From contig NC_068987.1 of the NCBI RefSeq assembly GCF_001194135.2, positions 43,553,267 to 43,617,266 on the forward strand: a DNA stretch of 64,000 nucleotides, given 5' to 3'. The position numbers and the translations under genes were made by a program. How positions within the stretch are numbered: position 1 is the stretch's first letter; every line of letters begins with the position of its first letter. This document shows, piece by piece, positions 37,086 to 48,658 of this stretch. A model generated the notes under the pieces. It saw only the letters and a program-made list of their open reading frames with translations, ran no database searches and was not told the origin of the DNA. The DNA comes from Octopus bimaculoides (Eukaryota).

Positions 37086-38380
37086 GGATGATGATGATTA
37101 TACATTCTGGCAAGGTGGGAGACAGAGGATTGAGCAACACTTGTTGTGCAGGAGGTGAGCTTACTATGGCATCACTGTCCCATGCCTTTTCCTGTAACTC
37201 CCAACCCCTTGTCAATGCCAGTGGCAGTGATGGATGGCATTTTTGTGTTGTGACTGCAACTTGACTGAATGGGGTCCTGGTACGATGGCATGCCAGGTCT
37301 ACAATAAGTGTTTGAGATGTCAATGTTCACTGAATCCTGCAATTAGCATCAGTTCATGCAGATAGTCATGAATTGCAGGACTCAGTGAACATCAACACCT
37401 CGAATGCACATTGCAGCTCTGGGAATCCATCTTCCTAAGGCCCTGTCTGGTTGAGAGGTGGTCATGACATGAAAATGCCATCCGTCACACCCACTGGTGG
37501 TAGTGGGGTGTCAGGAGTCAGAGGGAAGGGCACAGGGCAGAGGAAAGGGCACAGAACAGTGAACTTACTAAGGCAGAGATGTCTTAGTAAACTCACTGTC
37601 TGCCTGACAAGCACCACTTAATCCTCCATCTCCTGCCTTGTTAGACTGTCATCGTCAAGTGCTGCACATTATGACGGCTGCCATCACCTGACTGCTTGCC
37701 TGAAGGAGGAATTGGAACAGTGGGGAGAGAGATGATGAAAGGAAAGAGGGAAACAAGATGGCTGCTTTCATGGAAAATTCCGCACTTTTCTTCCACTGCC
37801 TGCCTGCTATTTCTTCATGCCCACTTCACTTTTTCTTCTTGCTGCTCTCTTTCTGCTGTCATTGTCAGTTGACATTCACTTTGTGAAAGACTTTTCCATT
37901 CTTCCTGAGCATCAAACTAATACACCTTGTTTGTTGTTCCCTCACCTGTCGATGTCTTTTGTTTTTTGCACATTTGAACTATATATAATATACACTCACA
38001 TGGTCACCCCAGTGTGATCCTACCTGCCTGAACTTTTTCTCTTGGAGCCTCATCTCTCCTACCTTCTTCTGAGACATTTGGTACCTCTCCTTAACTTTAC
38101 TTTTACTCCACCCAGATTACAATCGGAACTTCACACTTCTTGGACTCTACTATCATGGATCTTACTGTACACTATTGTTGAGATATATATATATATANNN
38201 NNNNNNNNNNNNNNNNNNNNNNNNNNNNNNNNNNNNNNNNNNNNNNNNNNNNNNNNNNNNNNNNNNNNNNNNNNNNNNNNNNNNNNNNNNNNNNNNNNNN
38301 NNNNNNNNNNNNNNNNNNNNNNNNNNNNAAAATAGTCTAATATTGGAGCATATTAGCCCTTGATGGAGAAAACTAGGGTT

Positions 38381-38411
<31 letters not shown>

Positions 38412-38445
38412 ACATATATATAACATATATATATATGTTGTATAC

Positions 38446-38840
38446 AGGCACAGGCATGGCTGTGTGGTAAGAAGCTTGCTTCCAAACCACATGATTCCAA
38501 GTTCAATCCCACTGCGTGGCACCTTGGACAAGTGTCTTCTGCTATAGCCTCAGGTTGACCAAAGCCTTGTGATTGGATTTGGTAGACAGAAACTGAAAGA
38601 AGCCTGTTATGTGTGTGTGTGTGTGTGTCTGTGTTTGTCCCCCCCCCCATCACTGCTTGACAACTGGTGTTGGTGTGTTTACATCACCATAATTTAGTGG
38701 TTCAGCAAAAGAAACTGGTAGAATAAGTACTAGGCTTACAAAGAATAAGTCTTGGAGTCAATTTGTTTGACTAAAAATCCCTTCAAGGCAGTGCTCCAGC
38801 ATGGCTACAGTCAAATGACTGAAACAATTAAAAGAAGAGA
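38446..38840 (+). mobile_element. tRNA-derived, CORE-like SINE (family C); other copies at about 8300-8465 (-) and 45685-45825 (+)
   Basis: Pol III-like head, CCTTGGRCAAGTGTCTTCT core, internal (TG)n, then the shared 3' module. Confidence 0.75.
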
Positions 38841-38908
38841 AGAATATTGTTAGAATTTGAGAAAAAATTCTCACCATGATTTGTACTTTTGATTTTTTCA
38901 TTTAATAG

Positions 38909-38953
38909 TTTTGGTCTAATGAGAATGGCTGCTAGTATCCCAGATACTGTCAA
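38909..38953 (+). CDS. Candidate 45-nt exon (FGLMRMAASIPDTV) of an unidentified plus-strand gene
   Basis: T-rich tract plus TAG acceptor; perfect GTAAGT donor; one open frame with ATGs at 38919 and 38925. No homology recognised. Confidence 0.35.
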
Positions 38954-39354
38954 GTAAGTTACAAATGCTTATCATATAAAATTTTTTAAAATGGAAAATT
39001 TAAATTTAGTTTGCATCTTACTAGATTATTTTTCCCATCATTAGCATTTGTTTTGTTTATAACCTTCCTATTGATTATGTTGTTGGTATCCTTTCTCTAC
39101 CCAAACTGAACTAAATGAAACTTCTCCCAAGTCAATCATGAGAATTCCAATTGTTCAGTCAATGGAACCTCCTCATTGTAGTGTATTGTAGTGCAAGTAG
39201 CTGAGTATTCCACAGACAGAATCATTCAGAAACTGTGTCACTAGACTGATTATTTTAGTAACAGTGTTGAACTACATGATGGAGTGAACTTGTTAAACAT
39301 TTAGCATGTCTGCACCTTGTGCATACAGCATACACACTTTTTATTTTTCTCTTT

Positions 39355-39388
<34 letters not shown>

Positions 39389-39479
39389 GTCACACACAAA
39401 AACACACACATTCATATACATACGCATACACATATGATGGCTGAAACTTGATTTCAAGCAATGCAATCACTTGATTGTT

Positions 39480-40420
39480 CTCTTAAACACAAGCAATGCA
39501 GATGTGGCTTTCCAGTCCTGCTAGGGATCCAAACTTCTTTGCACAGATGTAGCAAGGACGGGCATCTCTCGCAACAGGTGTTCGGAGAGCTTGCCGCCCC
39601 TGCCAATGTATATTTCATTCAGTTTTGGAATTTTTCATTGACTGCTTTGCTGTTCTCAGTAATGGCCAGCCATTTTATGCAATACATGATAAAAATGTTA
39701 AAAATCAAATAATGCTTGTGCCTGAAGCCTTTGAAAGTGAGGAAAGGCCTTGAGCAGGACCAATTCCACTTTCTAAACAACATGCATTTACCCCAAAAGA
39801 AGGAGCATTGTCCTCATGAAACAAGTGCCCTTTCATCAGTTTTCCAGTGCATTTGGTCTTGATGGCCTTTTGTAACTGCTCCAGAAAATTGGAACAGTAC
39901 TCTCCATTGATGGTGTGGCCCTTTTAAAGATAGTCAATAAGCACGTCTTTTTTTGCATCTTTACAAACTGAGGCCATTACCTTCCCTGCAGATAAAATGA
40001 CCTTTGCCTTCTCTGGAGCAGATGAGGGGGTGTATTTCCACTGCATGGATTGTCTCTTTCTCTCTGGCTCAAAGTGATGAGCCCAACACTCATCTTGGGT
40101 GGGAAAACGTTCAAGGAAACCAACTGGATCTTCCTCAGACAATGTCAGATTTTCCTGTGATGTGGATAGCCTGGTGTGCTTTTGATAGGGTGTCAGAAGA
40201 TGTGACATTCACTGAGCAGAAATGTTCTTCATGCCAAATGCATTGTGAAAAATATTCTCAACTCACTCATGGAATATACTAATAGCATTGACTATTTGAT
40301 TTATAGTCAGTTGCTTGTCATCCATCACCATATGGTGAATATGATGATGCCAAATTTTGTCAATTTTCAAGAGAAGTTGGTACTAGTTACATTTGCAGTC
40401 TTCTTTGAGCTGTCAGATGT
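39480..40420 (-). mobile_element. mariner transposase remnant
   Basis: SHLLT...DECWAHHFEPERKRQSMQWK...SAGKVMASV motifs. Confidence 0.8.
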
Positions 40421-40499
40421 CTATTTACTTGGAAAGAAAGAATGCAGGTACTAATAAGAAGATTTGAAATTAATGCACACAAGGAAATGTGCTGTGCGT

Positions 40500-40888
40500 G
40501 AGAAGACCCGGCAAGCCAAGTGAGATCGTTGCCAGTACCCCTGGACTGACTCTTGTGCGGGTGGCACATAAGATGTACCATCTTGAGCATGACCGTTGCC
40601 AGTACCGCCTGACTGGCCTTTGTAGAGTTTTCGAGCGAGATCGTTGTCAGTGCCCCTGGACTGGCACATAAAAGACACCATTTCAAGCGTGGCCGTTTTC
40701 GTGTGGGTGACACGTAAAAGCACCCACTACACTCTCTGAGTGGTTGGCGTTAGGAAGGGCATCCAGCTGTAGAAACTCTGCCAAATTAGATTGAGCCTGG
40801 TGTTGCCATCCGGTTTCACCAGTCAAATCGTCCAACCCATGCTAGCATGGAAAGCGGACGTTAAACGATGATGATGATGATGATGATG
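40500..40888 (+). mobile_element. SINE-like repeat ending GCGGACGTTAAAC(GAT)n
   Basis: Homologous to 25889-26215. Confidence 0.75.
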
Positions 40889-42265
40889 AAGATTATACAG
40901 CTCTAGCAGTACTTCTTCATGATCAGCCTATGAACTTTTCAGCTCACTCTCTTACAGCTTGTCAAACCAGTTCTATATTCTCTACATAATAGTATGTTTA
41001 TAAGACCTGGTACATAATAGTATGCTTATTAGATCTGTTGAAAACCTATAAAAACTTACAATTTCAATATTTCATTTCCTGACTGTGCTCTCATTGACTG
41101 GTAGCTCACAGAGTTTACAGTAAGATTAACTAAGTTTAAATAATGAATTCCTTCATGTTTTGTGCTAAGAAAAAAGGAATTAATTTTCATCTCATTATTT
41201 TTAACTTTCTCTCCATAACTGAAAGATCATAATAAGCTAGGTAAAATTCTTTCATCATTTTCTTTCAATCTTCTCACATCTACTCCTATATAATGCAAGG
41301 TAGCCATGTATCTCCTCTATAGCAAGACACCTGTGCTCATCCCTCTACCATACTTTGGCCTTTCAACACCTTGCATAAAACCACTTTCTTCTTTATTACA
41401 ACCCTACAAATCAAATAATCTTTTTCTTTGTTTTGTGAGTTATTAGTACCACTGACACCAAAGCATCCAGTGCACTCTGTAAAGTGGTTGGTGTTAGAAA
41501 GGATATCCAGCTGTAGAAACAATGCTAAAGCAGATGTTGGAGCTTAACAAAGTCCTCTGGTTTGTTGGATCCTATCAAACAATCCAACTCATGCCAGCAT
41601 GAGAAACAGATATTAAATGATGTTGATAATGATGATGTTTTGATAATTTTATTTCTTTTAAATTTCCACATTTTCTTTCTTTCTTTCTTTCTCTTTTCTC
41701 TCTCTCTCTCTTTCTCTTTATTTTTTATCTTTCTTTTTACTTTCCTTTTATTTTACAATGTACTCATAATCTGAAGTTAAAATGCTGTGCACCCTTCAAA
41801 TCTTCCCTGAAATCCCAGTCACAAGAGAAGACAAAATCTGTGCTCACACACCAGAACAACCATTCACTGAAGATCAACTTCCCATTTGCTGGCAATATCT
41901 ATAAGTACAAAGACTTCATATATTTTAATATTCAATGCAGCTATGAGGAAGTTTTTCACCTTTGCAAGTAGCATTGGTAACAGCAAAGGGGCTTCCAAAC
42001 CAAAGATTAAGTCTTTGAACTAATTAGCTTGTCAAACTAAACCAATTAAAGGGCTTTTTAATAAACAAGGGAGTACTGGATGCAACAATGTAGGTTTTAA
42101 ACCTTCAAGAGAATTTGCTAATTTCCCCTTCAGTAAAACCACAATTATATATATTTTATGTCCCATGTCATATATAAGTTTTAAAGATTACAAACGGACA
42201 GTTGGTCACAACTAAAATATCATTTCTACTCATTCTTGATTTGTAATTAGGTTATTTTTTATTAG

Positions 42266-42324
<59 letters not shown>

Positions 42325-43039
42325 GGAACAGAGCAGGTAGGGATTACACAAATAGATAAACAATGGAAACAACAACTACAACAATAATAATATTGTTTCC
42401 AGCATTGGCAGAAATTAGGCGGGGGAGATGAAGTGTTGATTCTATTGACACTGATACTTGTCTGGTACTTTTTTTTATTAATCTTGAGAGGATGGAACAA
42501 ATACTGCAAGCTTTTTATTCTGACACTCTAATGATTCTGCTAATCCACAGTCGTTGCCGTCGTTAGTGGCGGTGGCAATGGTTTCAAATTTTGGCACAAG
42601 GCCAGCAATTTTTTTAGGGGAAGGGGTGAGTTGATATCATTGAATTTAGTACTTGACTAGTACTTGTTTTATCAAACTTAGAAGGATGAAAGACAAAGTT
42701 GACATTGGTAGAATTTGAACTCAGATCTTAAAGCTGGAAGAAATTCCACAAGGTATTTTTTTCAATGATTTAACGATTCTGATATCTTGCTGCATTGATA
42801 ACAAATCTTATAAATGTATGGAGTATTCCACCCCAACAGCAATAGTGACAGGCTGTCTAACCAGAAGAAATTAGCTTGGGCTGATATATCAAGAGTACCA
42901 TAGAGCCTTTTCTGGCTCAGGTGAGAATATCTGGTATAAGCAAAGCAGATACTTATATGGAAGCAGAAGAGTATTAAAAAAATGACAGTAAGGAAAATGA
43001 AAGAAAATTAAATGGAAAGAGAGGTACTGGCAGTTTGCA

Positions 43040-43440
43040 AGAAAGAGGTGAGCAGGAATACAAATGAAGATGGAATGTGGAACTAGCTAAGGAATGTGAC
43101 TAAGGTAGAAAGGAACTAACTGAAGAAGACTTGAAATCAGAGATAAAAGCACTTATCTGTGCTGTGCAGGAAGAAGTGTTGAAGACAAATTACACCAAAA
43201 CAGCTGAAAATAATAAGTGCAGGTTTAGTGATGATACAAGTGAGACTGTATAGCATATTGTGATTGAGTGCACAAAACTAGCCTGAAAAGAATATAAAAG
43301 AATGCATATAAAAGAATACAGGCATAGCAAGCATGGATTATATAGAATAAAGACATGGCATGGACAAACCCCAAAAGGAGTAATTGAGAATGACAAGGTA
43401 AAGTTACTGCAGAGTATAGTAATCTAATGTGATTATGAAA
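43040..43440 (+). mobile_element. R4/Dong-like LINE remnant, cut off by the LTR at 43456
   Basis: LKSEIKALICAVQEEVLKTNY...CRF...ETV*HIVIEC, homologous to the 16350-17255 family. Confidence 0.65.
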
Positions 43441-43455
43441 TCGTGGTGTTTGTGG

Positions 43456-43750
43456 TGTTATGGGCTGTGATGAGCTATGTGGTGCTGGTGGAGAGGATTG
43501 CAGAGAAGGCAAATGGAAGTGAAGACTGCAGGGGCTGGCAGAAGAGCCACAGAGACATGAGTGGGCACAAAGCACGTGTGGGCAGGTCGACGAAAGACGG
43601 CGCGTGTGAAAGGTCGTGTTTTTATCTGGTCAGTGATTGCTCATCCCACCACGGTCAACAGGTAAGGTCTCATTATTTCTTTCTCCCTTTTGCTTCTTTT
43701 TCTGTTGTCTTTTTCCTCCATCACACTACTAGCTATTTCGGCCCATAACA
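43456..43750 (+). repeat. LTR (295 bp)
   Basis: Perfect 10-bp terminal inverted repeat TGTTATGGGC...GCCCATAACA, directly upstream of gag. Confidence 0.75.
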
Positions 43751-43821
43751 AAAAAAAAACAAAAGAAAAAAAAAACGAATGACGAGTGTAGTCTGTATTT
43801 CAAACAATATGGTCAAACAAT

Positions 43822-44830
43822 ATGGTCAAACTGTTTTGCGGTGACACGGATGTAGTCACTTTGTTAAAGAAGATGAAGCTGGTTGCGAAGCTTTACGAGA
43901 TAGATGACTTAGCGAGTTTTATACCACTGTACCTAGATGGTTTGGTGTTGGCACTATACTTAGAAATGGAAGAAAGGGACCAAATTAGTGTGGAAAAAAT
44001 AGAAATCCTTTTGATGAAGGCCTTTGCAGAAGGAATGTTCAAAGCGTACGCTCACTTGGGGAAAGCAAAGTGGACTGGCGAATAGGTCAATGTATTTGCC
44101 AACGAACTCAGGAGATTGGCTGAACTGGCAGGATATGAAGGAGAATTTAGTTAAGTTAGCGTTTGTGACTGGCTTTCCTGACCACATGTTGGTCGAGTTG
44201 GAAAAGCTGTCGAATGTTAACTCTATGGCGATGGCAGATATTATATCTCGGGCTCACGTGCTAGTTTCATGTTGCAGGACGCCACCGGTAGCAGCAACTG
44301 CAACAACGAAAAGTGGCCAAGCAAGGAGTAGCGAAGAGGGGTCAAACAAGGAAGTGTATGACCATTCAAAGGACAGTGTTTCCATGTCATGACCCGCACA
44401 TGGTGTGAGACTGCAAGTCACCCAAGCCTGAGGTCATTTGCTACCGGTGTCGAGAAACAGGACATATAGCCAGCAAATGTCTGCGGGGAAACGGTCTAAG
44501 GGAGACTACTACGCCGGTAGTTATCCCTTTGGATCAATAGAGGCACGTTTGTTGTTACCTGTAGTTGACATTCTGGTTGTGGAGAAGATGTCGCGAGCCC
44601 TTGTGGAAACAGGCTGTACGACGACCCTGATGACTCCAGAAGTGGTAGAGACATGGAGTGGAGAAAGCAGTGTGAGGGCAGTCGACGTAAGAGAGGTACA
44701 TTGTGAAGGCATTACAGATGCGCAGATTGTGGTGCAGGGAACAAAGCTGACGCTGCAAGTAATTGTAGTTGGCCACTTGGTGGATGAGATTGACATGGTG
44801 ATGGGGATGGATACAATCACCCGTTTATAT
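43822..44830 (+). mobile_element. Gypsy-like gag-protease pseudogene
   Basis: gag LVAKL...FIPLYLDG...LRRLA; zinc knuckle CYRCRETGHIASKC; protease ALVETG (DTG decayed); no RT. Confidence 0.75.
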
Positions 44831-44984
44831 AAATGCAAGTTGTCTGTTTGGATTTCTGTTTGTTTCAAGTTGCTGTCTACAACCGCTAACAAATTTTCTT
44901 GAAACTTTGCAAATATGTTAAAGTAACATCCAGTTTGTTACTAGGCTCAGTGAAGTTTAATAAAAATCTATAATTGGATGGTTA

Positions 44985-45600
44985 GGGCCACACACACACA
45001 AGCTGTCAAGGCACGGAAGTGCCGTCTTGCCGACATGCCCAAGATGTGGGCAAGATAGGGAAACTGTCTTGCATGCATTCGTGGAGTGTTCAGAGTTGTT
45101 GGGACTGATAGCTTTTGCAGAACAACTGTTGTCAGTGATCGAAAGAGTACAGCTATCAGCTGAGTCTATCATCGAGATTGTATCACCTCCTTTCTTTAAC
45201 AGGGAAAGGAAGGTCTGTTTTTTCTGCGTAGTAGCCGTACTGAAAGAAACAGTATGGAAGACGCGTGTGAAAGGTATAGTGACAGGTACCTTTGTCTCCG
45301 GCCAGGGGTTGGTTAACTTTTTTAGTTACCACCTCAGTAGTAAGATCAGGCTGGAGAGGAAGTGTCTGCCATGGGATATGTTTGCGAAAAGATGGAAGTC
45401 TGTGGAGCGTAAGCTGAGTGCGATTGGCACCAAGTAAGTGAGGTTAATTTGGGAAGCAAAGGTTCTACCAGGATGGTCAGGTGCCTTCCTTCTAGCTGCC
45501 TCATTGCGAAAAGCAATGATTTCTTGTGTATAGTTTTAAAATTAATTTTTAATCATATTTTTAATTTACTCATAAGTTGTAAAATTTAAAAAAAAACGTT
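44985..45600 (+). mobile_element. Tx1/L1-like LINE 3' end
   Basis: CPRCGQDRETVLHAFVEC zinc-binding domain, AT-rich tail and A-run. Confidence 0.8.
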
Positions 45601-46325
45601 TAAGTTACTCCCCCCTTATGTTTGTCTGTCATTGTTTGTCCCCTCGCTGTAGCGCCTCAAATGGCGAATTTTTATGAAATAAAGTAGCTTGCTTACCAAC
45701 CACATGGTCCCGGGTTCAGTCCCACTGCGTGACACCTTGGGCAAGTGTCTTCTACTATAGCCTCGGGCTGACCAAAGCCTTGTGAGTGGATTTGGTAGAC
45801 GGAAACTGGAAGAAGCCCGTCGTATATGTACATACTTACATCTAGAACACAACAAAGAGATAAAAGTTAGACGGAAGTAGAGCAACGGGAAACTAGAGTG
45901 AGAATATCTGTATGTGGGTGTATAAAGAGGAAAGGAACTGTCAAAAGTTTGACATCATTCATTGTAAATATTTATATTCCGTTGCAATTTTCAATCTATG
46001 AGGATTGTGGTAAAGTTGTACTATGAGCAATAGTACCGCTATTCGTTAATGACGTCAGTCTTCCAAACATCGTTCTTCTGTCTCACTTATTCTTCTCTTC
46101 ACTCATTTCGCTCTCTTTCCTTTTCAGACGTTCTCTCTCATTCTCTCTCTACAAACATACGCTCACTCGCCTTTCCAGACACAAACTACTCATCATAAAC
46201 CTTCCCACCCTCTTTTCTGCTTGTCTCTTTCTTTCTCTTTCTCTCTCTCCACTTCACATACACACCTCTATCTTATACAAACACACACTCGCCTCTCTCT
46301 CTCAGTCTCACTTTAACACACAATT

Positions 46326-46389
46326 ATGGAAGACGACGAAGAGGAAACTTTCAGTCTTGGACTTTCTGATATTGTCATAAATACACCGG
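46326..46389 (+). CDS. Candidate first coding exon (MEDDEEETFSLGLSDIVINTP-G) of an unidentified plus-strand gene
   Basis: ATG, acidic N-terminus and G|GTAAGA donor in unique sequence; preceded by a CT-rich leader and TGACGTCA at 46050-46057. Confidence 0.5.
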
Positions 46390-46507
46390 GTAAGAAGAAA
46401 AAATATACAATATCCTCCTTGATTTGCTGTTTCTCTTATTATTCATAACAACCATGCTACAGACATCTTTCTCTCTCTCTCTCTCTCTCTCNNNNNNNNN
46501 NNNNNNN

Positions 46508-46540
<33 letters not shown>

Positions 46541-46955
46541 CATCGCTATACCGTTCTGGTTTCATTCGTCCGATTCTGTCTACTTCTCATCACCCATTTC
46601 TCTAAAACAATGCTCTACACCATGGAAACATCGATGTGTGTATATATAATACTAAATTGATTTCTGTACATCGATACTTTATCGACCTCTCAGCATGCTC
46701 CGTTATATATACATACACACGTGTTTGTGTATTACTATATATGTTGATACTGTAACATTATATCAAAGTCCCAAAAATGTCTCCACCATACATACGTATG
46801 AGTGTTTATGTATATATATATATATATGTGTGTGTGCGTAAGTGTTTTGTGTATGCAAACGTATGCGTGTCTGACCAGTTTGTGTATGTATATACACATG
46901 TTTTGTGCATAGGCGCGTGTGTATACACATGCATATTTAAATATACATAAATATA

Positions 46956-46990
<35 letters not shown>

Positions 46991-47000
46991 NNNNNNNNNN

Positions 47001-47040
<40 letters not shown>

Positions 47041-47519
47041 GCACACAATTTATATATTTTTATACACACCATCGGAAGCCTCGCTGTGAATAATAAACAA
47101 AATGGTTTCATGGTAGGCTATGGGAAGGGGTAAGGGATTCGAACGTTTTAATTGAGATCATCGTTGCAATTGATGTGCGAATATCTGTTATAATGTGTTT
47201 GAAATATATAAACAAGCAAGGGACATAACTTCAGTGATATTAAGGGAGGGAAATGTTTGGCAAACGAGACTGGGTCTTGCAGATAGGAGTAGATCTGGAT
47301 CTTTCAACAGGTGGAAACTATGGATATAATTCGGTCTTAGATCTCCATCCTCAAAGATGTTTATTCTATCTATTTGCTCAAAAGTGTGTAGCGATTTTAA
47401 AAATTCTCCATGAAGGATGTACATAGACTAAGACAACACAATGAAATCGAATGATTTGACACTTAAAATGCGGATGGGGGTCATTTAAAAAATTTTCTGA
47501 ATTTATAGTGACAGCAAAT

Positions 47520-48650
47520 GTTGGAACACAAACAAAAGACATTACGGATGGAGTGGGGGCGGGTTTAATACTGACCTGGGTTATAACCTATGTCGCATTC
47601 ACGAGGGACATTCTTCCATCTGTTATCAAACACTTCCTTAGTCAGGCATTTTCTTTCCAGCCCTATTTATCTTTTAAGGTGAAAGATGAAAAAGTTCACC
47701 AAATTTGGACCAGAGATAAAGATGCCTGACCTTAACCCTCGTATTCTTGTCTTCCATATCACCTGTCTCGCAATTGCTACTGCAGAGAGAAAACAATTCT
47801 TACCTTCTTTCGTTAAGAAATCCAGCGGGTTAATTTTTACTATAGATTCAGTCGACAGCTGTACTCTTCCTCCACTTGACAACAGTTGTTCGGCGTAAAC
47901 CCACACGTCTGAGACCTCCGGGCACTGCACAATATCATGCGGAACGATTTCCATGTCCCACCCACCTCTTGGACAGGTTGGAGTGTCTAGGCATCTGTGC
48001 CTTGAGAGTTTGTCCCGAACAGGTAAGGCTCCACGGTAACATTGCCATGCCAAAGACTTCTGAAAATTATCCAGTGTCTTTGGCCCGAATGTACATTGGA
48101 ACAGACTGGCCTGCTGATTATCATCAAAACCTAGGGTCTCCCCTAATGTATCATCACATTCCACCTCTACAAACCTTCTATAAAAGACAGCGGTGGAACC
48201 ACTACCATAGGCCTTGCGATGGAAGAGCCAGAGTGCCTCGTGACATTCCGTATACCACGTACCCAACTTCGATCTACGTTAGAACCAGGTTTCCCGTCCA
48301 CTGAAACTAGTGAACTTGGGAAACGTGTTTTGCCAGCGAAGACCACACCAGTTCACCATCCAGGTAGAGTTACAGGTGCCTCAGCCTCAGCACATGTCTG
48401 CACATCAACAGCCAAGACATCCCTAGCCCACCCTTTAACAGTTGTTGGCAGCAAATAGAGCGTCTCACAAGCAGTTTCGAAACCTGCCACAAGAAGTGGA
48501 AAAGCTGTCTTTCCAGCTTGATCAACCACAAATCACGGCAAGGAATGACAGTTAGGCGGTAGGTGATGACCAATGCGATAAACACATTGGCCACCTCCGC
48601 CCTCCCTTTCGGGGATAGTCTCCACCAAGACCAAGTCTTGGCTATGTGGG
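47520..48650 (-). mobile_element. Tx1/L1-like ORF2 3' half
   Basis: RLSPKGRAEVAN...GGLGMSWL...LAWQCYRGALPVRDKL...CPRGG...HDIVQC. Confidence 0.85.
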
Positions 48651-48658
48651 CTATGTGA

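Noticed and set aside
41941-41980. Possible small plus-strand exon after TGCAG
   Set aside because: Weak donors and no consistent frame with other candidates.
46326-46389. Naming the plus-strand gene from human DECR2 synteny (NME4 or RAB11FIP3)
   Set aside because: No recognisable sequence similarity; synteny alone is insufficient.
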